From an uncultured Pseudomonadales bacterium (GTDB lineage Bacteria > Pseudomonadota > Gammaproteobacteria > Pseudomonadales > UBA7434): a stretch of DNA of 64,000 nucleotides. The stretch lies in NCBI GenBank assembly GCA_905478995.1, contig CAJQKT010000015.1, positions 5,902 to 69,901 on the forward strand, in the 5' to 3' direction. Position 1 is the stretch's first letter; every line of letters starts with the position of its first letter. Made by a program: the position numbers and the translations under genes. The notes under the pieces are model-generated. The model was not told the DNA's origin and made no database searches. It saw only the letters and a list, made by a program, of their open reading frames with translations. Below, piece after piece: positions 19,715 to 28,106 of this stretch.

Positions 19715-20377
19715 ATGCAAAATTATATTTCAGGCACTTCCTCTAAGCCCGCCTCAACCAACGCCCTTACAGTGAAGCCCCTTGTAGTGAAGCTAAGTCG
19801 GCATTCATTGGGTTTTACGCTGATTGAACTGGTTGTAGTTATTGTACTAATTAGTATTCTTGCTGCAGTCGCGGCCCCCAGGTTTCTCAACTTAAAAGAT
19901 GATGCCGAAGCTGCCGCCCTGCATGGAGTGGCCGCCGGGTTTTCCAGTGGCGTGGCTATGGGTAAAGCTCAATGGATTGCTAAAGGAAATGCTAGCGGTC
20001 GTGAGGCGCTTAATGACACTCGAGTGGTCATTGATGGCATCGGTTTTAATGTCAATAATTTTGGTTGGCTCGATAGTGTCGATGACACCGGCAACCCCGA
20101 CTTGACCGTAACCGCGCAAAATGCCTCCGATTGTCAGGAAATTTTCGAATATATCTTGCAGAGCCCGCCTTCCAGTACCGTAGAGGTTGATCCGGTGTCT
20201 CGCGGTAATGCCCAATATGCAGTGAGTGTTGTCGACGGTGTTGCCTCTGATCGGTGCCGTTATGAACTCATTGTTCGGGCTGCCGATACGCCTGAAATTG
20301 CAGAATTTTACTTTGATTATGAACTACTTAGCGGCCGAGTCACCGTTGGCTTGCCGCCCGAGCTAGGTGCCGATTAA
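19715..20377 (+). CDS. mshB: prepilin-type N-terminal cleavage/methylation domain protein (MshB-like minor pilin)
   Basis: Has a G-FTLIELVVVIVLISILAAVAAPRF class III signal. The ATG ORF gives an atypically long 33-aa leader. In-frame GTG codons at 19772 and 19787 would give normal leaders. Confidence 0.7.
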   Translation: MQNYISGTSSKPASTNALTVKPLVVKLSRHSLGFTLIELVVVIVLISILAAVAAPRFLNLKDDAEAAALHGVAAGFSSGVAMGKAQWIAKGNASGREALNDTRVVIDGIGFNVNNFGWLDSVDDTGNPDLTVTAQNASDCQEIFEYILQSPPSSTVEVDPVSRGNAQYAVSVVDGVASDRCRYELIVRAADTPEIAEFYFDYELLSGRVTVGLPPELGAD

Positions 20378-20591
20378 CGGCAGGCCCCCTGTATGCTTCT
20401 AGGCTAGCCGTCTAGCAAGATGCTCAAAAATGATACCTAGTTCACACTAAACATACAGCAAAAGTGTCAAACACGGTCTAGAGTAAATACAGGCACTAAG
20501 TAATGTTCATGCGGTACACGAGGTAGCTGAGTTTTAGGGGTTTTATTTTTAAGTGAACAAAGTTTTACGATTCCATAGAGAGGCAAAACAA

Positions 20592-21083
20592 ATGAACAAA
20601 CAAAATGGTTTTACATTAGTCGAATTAGTAGCGGTGATTGTATTGTTAGGTATTCTTGCGGTAGCCGCGCTTCCTAGATTTATTGACTTACGCGGCGATG
20701 CACGCACGGGCACGCTTGAGGGAATTGTAGGCTCAACGCGAAGCGCAGCGGTTCAAGTGTACGCGAAGTCACTGATCCAAAATAAAATAGTGGCTGGCCA
20801 GACGGTTGTCGATGGACCATTAACCATTGCTACTGAATTTGGTTATCCTGCGGCCAATGATGTTACTGCGGCTAACGATATTGGCGATTTAGTGAGTGTA
20901 GATGGCGACACGTCGGTAATTTGGATGGCTTCAGACGCTGGTGCAGGTAGTGCACGCCTGGTAGGCTACGACGACGATGGCGATGCGGACGTGGCTGATG
21001 ATAATTGCTACGTCACTTACACTGAATCAGCCGTTGTGGGTACGTTACCTACTATTGTTATCACTGATAACACCGGTTGCTAA
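20592..21083 (+). CDS. mshA: MSHA-type major pilin candidate
   Basis: MNKQNG-FTLVELVAVIVLLGILAVAALPRFIDL. A GAGAGG RBS precedes the ATG at 20592. 163 aa. A C-terminal Cys pair could form a disulfide (C...C at the end). Preceded by a 214-nt promoter-sized gap. Confidence 0.75.
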   Translation: MNKQNGFTLVELVAVIVLLGILAVAALPRFIDLRGDARTGTLEGIVGSTRSAAVQVYAKSLIQNKIVAGQTVVDGPLTIATEFGYPAANDVTAANDIGDLVSVDGDTSVIWMASDAGAGSARLVGYDDDGDADVADDNCYVTYTESAVVGTLPTIVITDNTGC

Positions 21084-21205
21084 GTTTAACGCTTAACATA
21101 GCGTTACAAGTACTCGACAAAGCCTGCGCTTCATCACGCGGGCTTTGTCATTTCTAGTATAAAAGATTTATGCAGCACACCTTCAAGTTCACAAGGTATG
21201 TCGTT

Positions 21206-21679
21206 ATGAGTAGACCTCATCAATCAAGCGGATTTACGCTGGTCGAATTAGTCGCAACGATTATTTTAGTTGGGATTTTGGCGGTTACTGTTATGCCGCG
21301 TTTTTCTGATCGAGGTGGCGTGGTAGAGTATACACTGCGTGACCAACTTGCTGGGCTTTTACACCAAGCACAGCAACGCGCGATGTTTGATCGGAGCGGG
21401 CCTTGCTATAGCGTATTAATTAATGGCGCAGGCGTGCAAGTGCAGCGCGATAGTGTACTTAACAGCCCTGAATCGCAAATATTATTTGCCGGTGATTATG
21501 CGGGTTTAAGCGTAACCGCTGCGCAACTGTATTTTGATTCGCTGGGTAACTTGTTAATGGGCGGTACGAATTGTTCTACATCGTCTATACCTTCATCGCC
21601 CGTTACTTTATCTGTTAGTGGCAGTGCTGCTGCGCAGGTAATTGTCCATCCTACAGGTTATGTTGAGCGCACGTTTTAA
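21206..21679 (+). CDS. mshC: prepilin-type minor pilin (MshC-like)
   Basis: MSRPHQSSG-FTLVELVATIILVGILAV. Named by position. Confidence 0.65.
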   Translation: MSRPHQSSGFTLVELVATIILVGILAVTVMPRFSDRGGVVEYTLRDQLAGLLHQAQQRAMFDRSGPCYSVLINGAGVQVQRDSVLNSPESQILFAGDYAGLSVTAAQLYFDSLGNLLMGGTNCSTSSIPSSPVTLSVSGSAAAQVIVHPTGYVERTF

Positions 21680-21694
21680 TACTGGATGTAAGTA

Positions 21695-22285
21695 ATGTCG
21701 CCCATGATGATAGTACCGTCATTGATTAAACGATCACGCCAGGCCGGATTCACGTTGGTAGAGCTGGTCGTGGGTTTAGTCATTAGTACAATCTTGATTG
21801 CTATGTTTGCCACATTAATTGTTCCGCTTTTTACACGCAGCGTTGAGCCATTGCTTCAAATTCGAGCTGCAGAGCTGGCACAATCCATTTTAGAGCAAGC
21901 CACAGCCTATCGTTACGATGAAAATACTCCCGTTGGCGGTTCTCCCCCTTGCAACGGTCTTGGTGGGCTTAGCTGCGCACCAAGCGCTAGTTTCGGTACC
22001 GATGCCGGTGAGGCTAACCGCGCAAGCTTTGACGATATTGATGATTTCAATATTTTTTGCGCCGCGGATAACAATATTCAAGATGTCTTCGGTAATGATT
22101 TAACCACCGGTGGCAGTTTTGCTAACTTTAGTTTTCGGCTTTGCGTTGCCTATGATGGCAATTTTAATGGCGCGATTAATGAGGCCGCCTCTGGCGAGGC
22201 AAACGCAAAATTACTTACCGTCACCGTAACTCCTCCGCAACCCGCCTCGGCTTTAACCGTCAGCGTGTATCGCAGTAATTATTGA
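21695..22285 (+). CDS. mshD: prepilin-type minor pilin (MshD-like)
   Basis: ..RSRQAG-FTLVELVVGLVISTILIAM. Named by position. Confidence 0.65.
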   Translation: MSPMMIVPSLIKRSRQAGFTLVELVVGLVISTILIAMFATLIVPLFTRSVEPLLQIRAAELAQSILEQATAYRYDENTPVGGSPPCNGLGGLSCAPSASFGTDAGEANRASFDDIDDFNIFCAADNNIQDVFGNDLTTGGSFANFSFRLCVAYDGNFNGAINEAASGEANAKLLTVTVTPPQPASALTVSVYRSNY

Positions 22286-23130
22286 TGAAACTGAACTTAT
22301 CAAAACAACGGTTGTCGGTGAGCGGCGCTTTGCAGCAACAGCGAGGCGCAAGTCTTGTAGAGCTTGTGGCTGTTATTGTGTTGCTGGGTGTAATAGGCAC
22401 AGGACTCATCAATTTTATTGCAGGTGGTGCTGAGGCCTACCGCGAGGTAGTTCGCCGCGATGAAGTAGCTCAGATTGGACGCTTTGCTATTGAGAGGGTG
22501 GCTAGAGAGCTTCGTAGCGCGCTCCCAGGCAGCGTGCGTACCAGTGGTAATTGCATTGAGTTTGTTCCGGTGGGTGCTGCATCGCTCTATACCGAGCTGC
22601 CCGTGGCAGGATTAGCCTCTGCGGCCAACACTTTTTCTGTGGTCAGCTCTGGCAGCGCAGCGGGTATGACCCGCGCAGCAGTCTATACTCTTAATGCAGC
22701 AGATGTTTATGCAGGCGGTAATCTACTGCTTGGGTTTAATGCGTCATCGGCTAGTACCGCGGCCGGCGAGACCACCTATACCTTTAGCAGTCCACCCCAG
22801 CAATTTGCCGAACACTCCCCAGGCCGGCGAATATTTTTTGTAGACGAGCCTGTGAGTTTTTGTGTAACAGGGCCGGTCACTAACCGCGTGCTGAATCGTT
22901 ACAGTGATTACGGCTATAGCACCGTGCAGCCAGTGCCGCCTGGTGGCGGCCATTTGCTGGCTCAGTTTATTCAACTGGCCGATGGTGGTGTGGTACAGCC
23001 TTTTCAGTTTAGTGCTGGCACATTGCAAAGTAATGGCACGGTACATCTCGATTTTCGTTTTTTAGCGCGCGGTACTAGTAGTGAATGGGTTCGCTTTAGT
23101 CACGATGTTGTGTTGCAGAATGTCCCATAG
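22285..23130 (+). CDS. mshO: pseudopilin-like protein (MshO-like)
   Basis: Degenerate class III signal ..QQRG-ASLVELVAVIVLLGVIG. Its ATG overlaps the mshD stop (TGATG). Confidence 0.6.
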   Translation: MKLNLSKQRLSVSGALQQQRGASLVELVAVIVLLGVIGTGLINFIAGGAEAYREVVRRDEVAQIGRFAIERVARELRSALPGSVRTSGNCIEFVPVGAASLYTELPVAGLASAANTFSVVSSGSAAGMTRAAVYTLNAADVYAGGNLLLGFNASSASTAAGETTYTFSSPPQQFAEHSPGRRIFFVDEPVSFCVTGPVTNRVLNRYSDYGYSTVQPVPPGGGHLLAQFIQLADGGVVQPFQFSAGTLQSNGTVHLDFRFLARGTSSEWVRFSHDVVLQNVP

Positions 23131-23231
23131 TAACGGGGCATAGTTATTCGCATACTGTGATGTAATACGCGAAATGCAATAGGCGAAATTTTTACAGACT
23201 TTCTGGGTAGAGGTGTAATCAACACTAAGCG

Positions 23232-26200
23232 ATGAATATATTTCAAAAAATAGCACTGGGTATTTTTTTTGCTCTTGCGGCAATGGCCAGCTCTGCTGAT
23301 TTTATTACGCCCATAGCCGTCACGGCTAGTTCGTTTTGGTCGAGCAATCAAACCCCCAATAACCTTATTAATAGTTCAGGCTTAAGCGCCAATAATGCGG
23401 CGGCTACTCACGATGCCGATGGCGGTGCTAATACCATGTGGTTTGCTGGTGCTGGTGCGCCACTCAGCTGTAAAGTGAGTGACACACCTTTTTTAACATT
23501 GGATGGCACCAATGACTACATCGCCCTAAATATGTCTTATACCGGTAAAAATATAGCGGAGCTTACCGTTGAAGCCTGGGTGAAAACCACATTTTCACAT
23601 AGCGGTAATTTTAATAATTGGGCTATTGTTGATTTTGATCGCAGTGAATTTTATAACTTGTTTGTTGCTGGCAATGGGCGGGTTGGCTTTTCTACCTATA
23701 GCCAAAGCAATGGCAATATAAAGGATTTTTATTCCGGTAGCGGGCATACTGTGAATGATGGCCAATGGCATCATATAGCAGGGGTTTACGATGGTACCGA
23801 TAAAATAATCTATATTGATGGCGTTGAAGTCGCGCGACAGGTTAATCCTCACTCCGGAGCCGATCTAGGTCGTAATAATCGCACACGTTGGGGCTTTATC
23901 GGTGATGGTTCCGAAGCTGGTTCATATAATGCCAATAGAAATAATTTTTACTACGACGGCTCGATTGATGAAATAAGGATTTGGCACGTGGCGAGAACAG
24001 CTACACAAATCAATAGCTATAAATCCCTTTGTGTTGATGGCCAAGCCAATTTAGAGGCGTACTATAAAGCCGATGAGCAGGCAGGCACCACATTAACCGA
24101 TTATTCTGGTAACGGCCACACAGGCACTTTTTTTAATTTTTCGAGTGGCCCAACCGCCTATCCCGTGGTGGCATCCCAATCGGTGACTTTTGATTTGGGT
24201 CAAGCGTATAACCTCACACAAGCTTATATATGGCAAATGAACCAGCATCTTGCTGGGCGCACTGATTTATACCAAACGCGAGGCGTGGCCAGCTTTGACA
24301 TAGAAACATCGTTAGACGGAGTGACCTATACGCAGCGAGGATCTACTCAAACACTCAATTTGGCTGGTGGTGTGCCGGGTGAGCCGGCGCAAGTAAAAGC
24401 AATGATTGTTGATAATGTGCGTTATGTACGCTTTGATATTCGCACCGCTCACGGCGGCGCACCCAACGAGTATGTAGGCTTGAGTGAGGTGCGTTTTGAA
24501 GGCACGCCCGTCAGCCCATCCCCCCCTGTGGTTGCCGGCGTACTTTGTAATGATATTTTCACCGACGCGGTGCAAAACTTTACCAATAGCGGCAATAAAA
24601 TTGAATTAAAAAATGCCATCTTGCAGAACACTAGCGGTACGTTAGATACCGATAATCTAACTGGCAGTGACGCGTCAAGCGCGTGCGGCGGTTCATGCAG
24701 TGAAAGTGGCTCTCCCTCAGCTCAAGATACTATTGTGTATTTAGACGGCAGCGGTAGTACCGACATCCAATTAAACTCTGGAGGCTCTTACACTGCTGGT
24801 GATGCGGCGAGCGGCGGCTCGGGTATTTATGATTTTGATGATGTTGAGCTAGACGATAACACCTCGATGACGTTCTTACCCAATCCAAGCGGCCCAACGG
24901 TTTACTATATCGACGACTGGGAAAATGATGGCGACCCCGACAACGTGACGATAACATTTGCGCCAGGTGATTATTGGACTAAAGGGCACATCGATTTCGA
25001 TGACAACCTAACGATTAATATAAGCCCTCCGGGTCAAGTTCGCTGGTATATCGGCGGCGGCAGTAATGGCAAGCTACATTTAAAGGGCAGTAGTAACAGC
25101 ATGCAAATCAATGCTGCTGGGCCTCCTAGTAATTTTATTATTTACGCCGAAGATGAAATAAAGTTAGAAGACGGTGAGCAGATGAAAGGGTACTTGTATG
25201 CCGAAGATAAAATTGAAATAAAAAAAGGATCTTATGTGCAGGGCGCTCTTTCGTCCCAAGAAATAAAGCTCAAAGATAGTCCTGATTCTACGGTTAATTT
25301 TGAGCCGTTTGCAGCGACTGTTGATGGCGGAGCATTTTGTGATGCAAGTAGCGTTGCCAGTGCGGTTACCCATTACCATATTCAACCCACCACGCCATCG
25401 GTAACATGTGAGCTTGGTACTGTAGTCATTGAGCCGCATGATGCGAGCCACACAGCACTGCCTAATGACGGCACTACAATTACTTTGTCTACCACTCCGG
25501 CTAATGATGGTTGGACAAAAATTATTGGCGCTGGCGCGCTAACAGGCAATCAATATACCTTCGCAGGCGGTGAAACTAGCGCTACATTCGGGCTTGCAAA
25601 GACCAGTGCTGCAACGTTAGATATTGATGTTAGCGATGGCAGTGCAACGGACCTTGACGGCGATGCAGCTGAAGACATCGACATTACCTTTAATGATGTG
25701 GGCTTTCGTTTTTATGGTAATAACGCGGTTGACGGCGTTGGCAACCAAATAGCTGGTAAACCCTCAAATAGTGCGCCAGGAAGTCAAACCTTGAGTATTC
25801 GTGCCATTCAAACCGACCCGGCAACGGGGCAATGTGCCGCGCTAATTAACGGCGGCTCGGTGCCTGTTGGCATGGCTTATACGTGTAATAACCCGCAATC
25901 GTGTGCACAGTCGAGTGCATTGAATATTGCAGGCACCAACATTTCGGGCAGCAACGCAGGCGGCAGTTTGAATTATAGTAACGTTGCGCTTAATTTTGAC
26001 GCAACGGGAACAGCTAATTTTGTAATGAGTTTTGCCGATGCAGGGCAAATTACTATAGCCGCTAACGCTGATGTGGCCGTTGGGAATACTGCGGTAACAG
26101 TGCAAGGCAGCAGCAACCCCTTTGTGGTGCGACCATTTGGTTTTGATGTTGACTTGGTGCTTAGCGGTAGTTCAGATCGCGCTAGTAATGGCACCGGTGG

Positions 26201-27524
26201 CAACTCTTACGCGAGCAATAGTGGCGGTAGTGTGTTTGCCACAGCGGGTTCGAACTTTTTAACACGTATAACAGCTATGCAATGGCAGGCCGGCGATGAC
26301 AGTAATCAAGATGGTGTGCCTGATAGCGGGGCAAACCTAGCTAACAATGCGGCCACCTTAAATTTTGGCCAAGAAATTTCGCCCGAGGTGGTTAGCATAA
26401 GCCACAGCTTGGTGGCACCAGCCGGTGGGTCGCTAGGTAGTCTTTCGGCCGGTAGCGGCAGTAGTTTTACCAACGGGATGGTGGAGAAAAATTTCAATTG
26501 GAGCGAAGTGGGGATTATTAATTTGCAGGCTCAACTGGCGGATAATAATTATTTGGCTAGCGGTATTGATGTAACGGGTAGCGCGGCTAATGTGGGACGG
26601 TTTGTGCCCGCCCGCTTTCTTCTAACTGACCCGTCGGTTACCGAGGCCTGTGTGGGAGGAGCGTATAGCTACATGGGTGAATCGTTTACGCTGGCCTTTA
26701 AAGCATCAGCCGTGAACAGTAGTAATACGATTACTACGAACTATCGAGACGGTTTTATTAAGTTGGGTGCGAGCCAAGGCACCTTACAATTCGGCGCGAT
26801 GGACCAAACGAGCAGCTCTAATTTAACTTCGCGGCTCGTACCCGACGGGGTATCGTTGACTGCTGCGAGCACGTTTTTGTGGGGCCCAAATATGGGCGTA
26901 GCCTTAGGGGTGGGAGAGCTAGAGACCGATGTAAAAATCAGCCGAGGTGCAGCGCCTGATGGCCTGTTTGCAGCAGCTATAGGCGTGCTGGTAAGTGATG
27001 CTGACGGGGTTGCCAATGAAGCGTTCAATTTGGATGTTGATGGCGGCGGCAACGATTTTTTCTTACTCGGTTCAAGTAGCCAGCGTTATGGGCGTATATT
27101 TTTGGAAAATAGTTTTGGTCCGGAGTCGCGTGATTTGGCGGTGCCCTTTGTTGCTCAGCACTACGATGCTGGTGTAGGCTCAGGCACCTTTGTGCGCAAT
27201 AGCAGCGACAGTTGCTCAGCCCTTGCGGTAGGTGATTTTAATGAAGTTTCAGGCAGCTACACGGCGAATTTAAGTGCCTCTGATACGCAGCCTAGTTCGG
27301 TTAGTGCGAGTAACTATATCGCCGGTGAAGGCTCAGTGATTTTGAGTGCCCCGGGCAGCAATAATGATGGCAGCGTGGACATCGAGTTTACGGTGCCTGA
27401 GCATCTGCGTTATGACTGGGATGCGGATCCATCGACAGCCGATACAAGCCCAATCAACACGGCCACTTTTGGCTCCTTTCGAGGCAATGACCGAATTATC
27501 TATCGAGGCGAAGTGCTTCAATAA
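23232..27524 (+). CDS. mshQ: giant secreted MshQ-like protein (signal peptide, split discoidin-like domain containing a LamG-like module, long beta-rich C-terminal region)
   Basis: 1430 aa with signal peptide ..AAMASSA. LamG motifs: LTVEAWVKT, DGQWHHIAGVYDG, IYIDGVEV, YDGSIDEIRIWH. Discoidin-like motifs: NLINSSGLS..MWFA and VTFDLGQAYNL..IWQMNQ..RGV..SLDGVTY..VRYVRFDI..GLSEVRFEG. Located in the msh locus. Confidence 0.7.
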   Translation: MNIFQKIALGIFFALAAMASSADFITPIAVTASSFWSSNQTPNNLINSSGLSANNAAATHDADGGANTMWFAGAGAPLSCKVSDTPFLTLDGTNDYIALNMSYTGKNIAELTVEAWVKTTFSHSGNFNNWAIVDFDRSEFYNLFVAGNGRVGFSTYSQSNGNIKDFYSGSGHTVNDGQWHHIAGVYDGTDKIIYIDGVEVARQVNPHSGADLGRNNRTRWGFIGDGSEAGSYNANRNNFYYDGSIDEIRIWHVARTATQINSYKSLCVDGQANLEAYYKADEQAGTTLTDYSGNGHTGTFFNFSSGPTAYPVVASQSVTFDLGQAYNLTQAYIWQMNQHLAGRTDLYQTRGVASFDIETSLDGVTYTQRGSTQTLNLAGGVPGEPAQVKAMIVDNVRYVRFDIRTAHGGAPNEYVGLSEVRFEGTPVSPSPPVVAGVLCNDIFTDAVQNFTNSGNKIELKNAILQNTSGTLDTDNLTGSDASSACGGSCSESGSPSAQDTIVYLDGSGSTDIQLNSGGSYTAGDAASGGSGIYDFDDVELDDNTSMTFLPNPSGPTVYYIDDWENDGDPDNVTITFAPGDYWTKGHIDFDDNLTINISPPGQVRWYIGGGSNGKLHLKGSSNSMQINAAGPPSNFIIYAEDEIKLEDGEQMKGYLYAEDKIEIKKGSYVQGALSSQEIKLKDSPDSTVNFEPFAATVDGGAFCDASSVASAVTHYHIQPTTPSVTCELGTVVIEPHDASHTALPNDGTTITLSTTPANDGWTKIIGAGALTGNQYTFAGGETSATFGLAKTSAATLDIDVSDGSATDLDGDAAEDIDITFNDVGFRFYGNNAVDGVGNQIAGKPSNSAPGSQTLSIRAIQTDPATGQCAALINGGSVPVGMAYTCNNPQSCAQSSALNIAGTNISGSNAGGSLNYSNVALNFDATGTANFVMSFADAGQITIAANADVAVGNTAVTVQGSSNPFVVRPFGFDVDLVLSGSSDRASNGTGGNSYASNSGGSVFATAGSNFLTRITAMQWQAGDDSNQDGVPDSGANLANNAATLNFGQEISPEVVSISHSLVAPAGGSLGSLSAGSGSSFTNGMVEKNFNWSEVGIINLQAQLADNNYLASGIDVTGSAANVGRFVPARFLLTDPSVTEACVGGAYSYMGESFTLAFKASAVNSSNTITTNYRDGFIKLGASQGTLQFGAMDQTSSSNLTSRLVPDGVSLTAASTFLWGPNMGVALGVGELETDVKISRGAAPDGLFAAAIGVLVSDADGVANEAFNLDVDGGGNDFFLLGSSSQRYGRIFLENSFGPESRDLAVPFVAQHYDAGVGSGTFVRNSSDSCSALAVGDFNEVSGSYTANLSASDTQPSSVSASNYIAGEGSVILSAPGSNNDGSVDIEFTVPEHLRYDWDADPSTADTSPINTATFGSFRGNDRIIYRGEVLQ

Positions 27525-27985
27525 TGATAAAAAAACATAAGGCGAAGCGCTCCAATCAGCATGGTTTTTCTATACCTGCCGCTATTTTTATTTTGGTTTT
27601 GGTGTCGTTGCTGGGTACTGCCATGATTAATATTTTGAATCAAGGCCAGCAATCAATCGCCCGCGAAGTGATATCGATTCGTGCGCTCATGGCAGCCGAA
27701 AGCGGCGCTGAACGTGCATTGCACATAGTGCTAGAAGATAGCCCGGCCTCATGCACGGGTAATCTATCTAATCCGCCTACTTCTTTCAATGCCTTACTGT
27801 CGGATTGGAATCCTACTGTGGCGGGTTTGGCCGGCTGTACCGTAAACATTGCATGCGGCGTTGTAGCAGTGGATAGTGATGACGATGGCAATACTGAAAA
27901 CTACTTCACTCTGCGAAGCAGTGCTGCGTGTGGCCCGGCCTCCGATCGTGCGTTTCGATCGGTGCAGGTGCAAGCGCATAATTAA
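27524..27985 (+). CDS. mshP: pseudopilin-like protein lacking Glu5 (MshP-like / PilX-like)
   Basis: ..NQHG-FSIPAAIFILVLVSLLGTAMINIL. 153 aa. Overlaps the mshQ stop by 1 nt (TAATG). Confidence 0.6.
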   Translation: MIKKHKAKRSNQHGFSIPAAIFILVLVSLLGTAMINILNQGQQSIAREVISIRALMAAESGAERALHIVLEDSPASCTGNLSNPPTSFNALLSDWNPTVAGLAGCTVNIACGVVAVDSDDDGNTENYFTLRSSAACGPASDRAFRSVQVQAHN

Positions 27986-28106
27986 CTGCGTTGCCAAGTG
28001 CTAAATTGCCAAGGTTGCTCAATAGGTCGCTATGGTAAGAAGAGACATGAATAATTTCACTCCTGCACTAAAGGCTTTAGTACGGGCATAAACTAAACCG
28101 CAGCAT

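Noticed and set aside
20512-20528. CGGTAC-ACGAGG-TAGCT upstream of the mshA candidate as a sigma54 pilin promoter.
   Set aside because: The GG-to-GC spacing is one base too long, and the -24 and -12 elements are both imperfect. I do not consider it reliable without experimental data.
27991-28013. Direct repeat TTGCCAAG x2 (15-nt period) in the short gap downstream of ntrC and mshP. I considered it as an NrsZ-like sigma54-dependent sRNA locus.
   Set aside because: The gap is only 121 nt. It has no -24/-12 element on either strand and no terminator. The repeat is too short to distinguish from chance.
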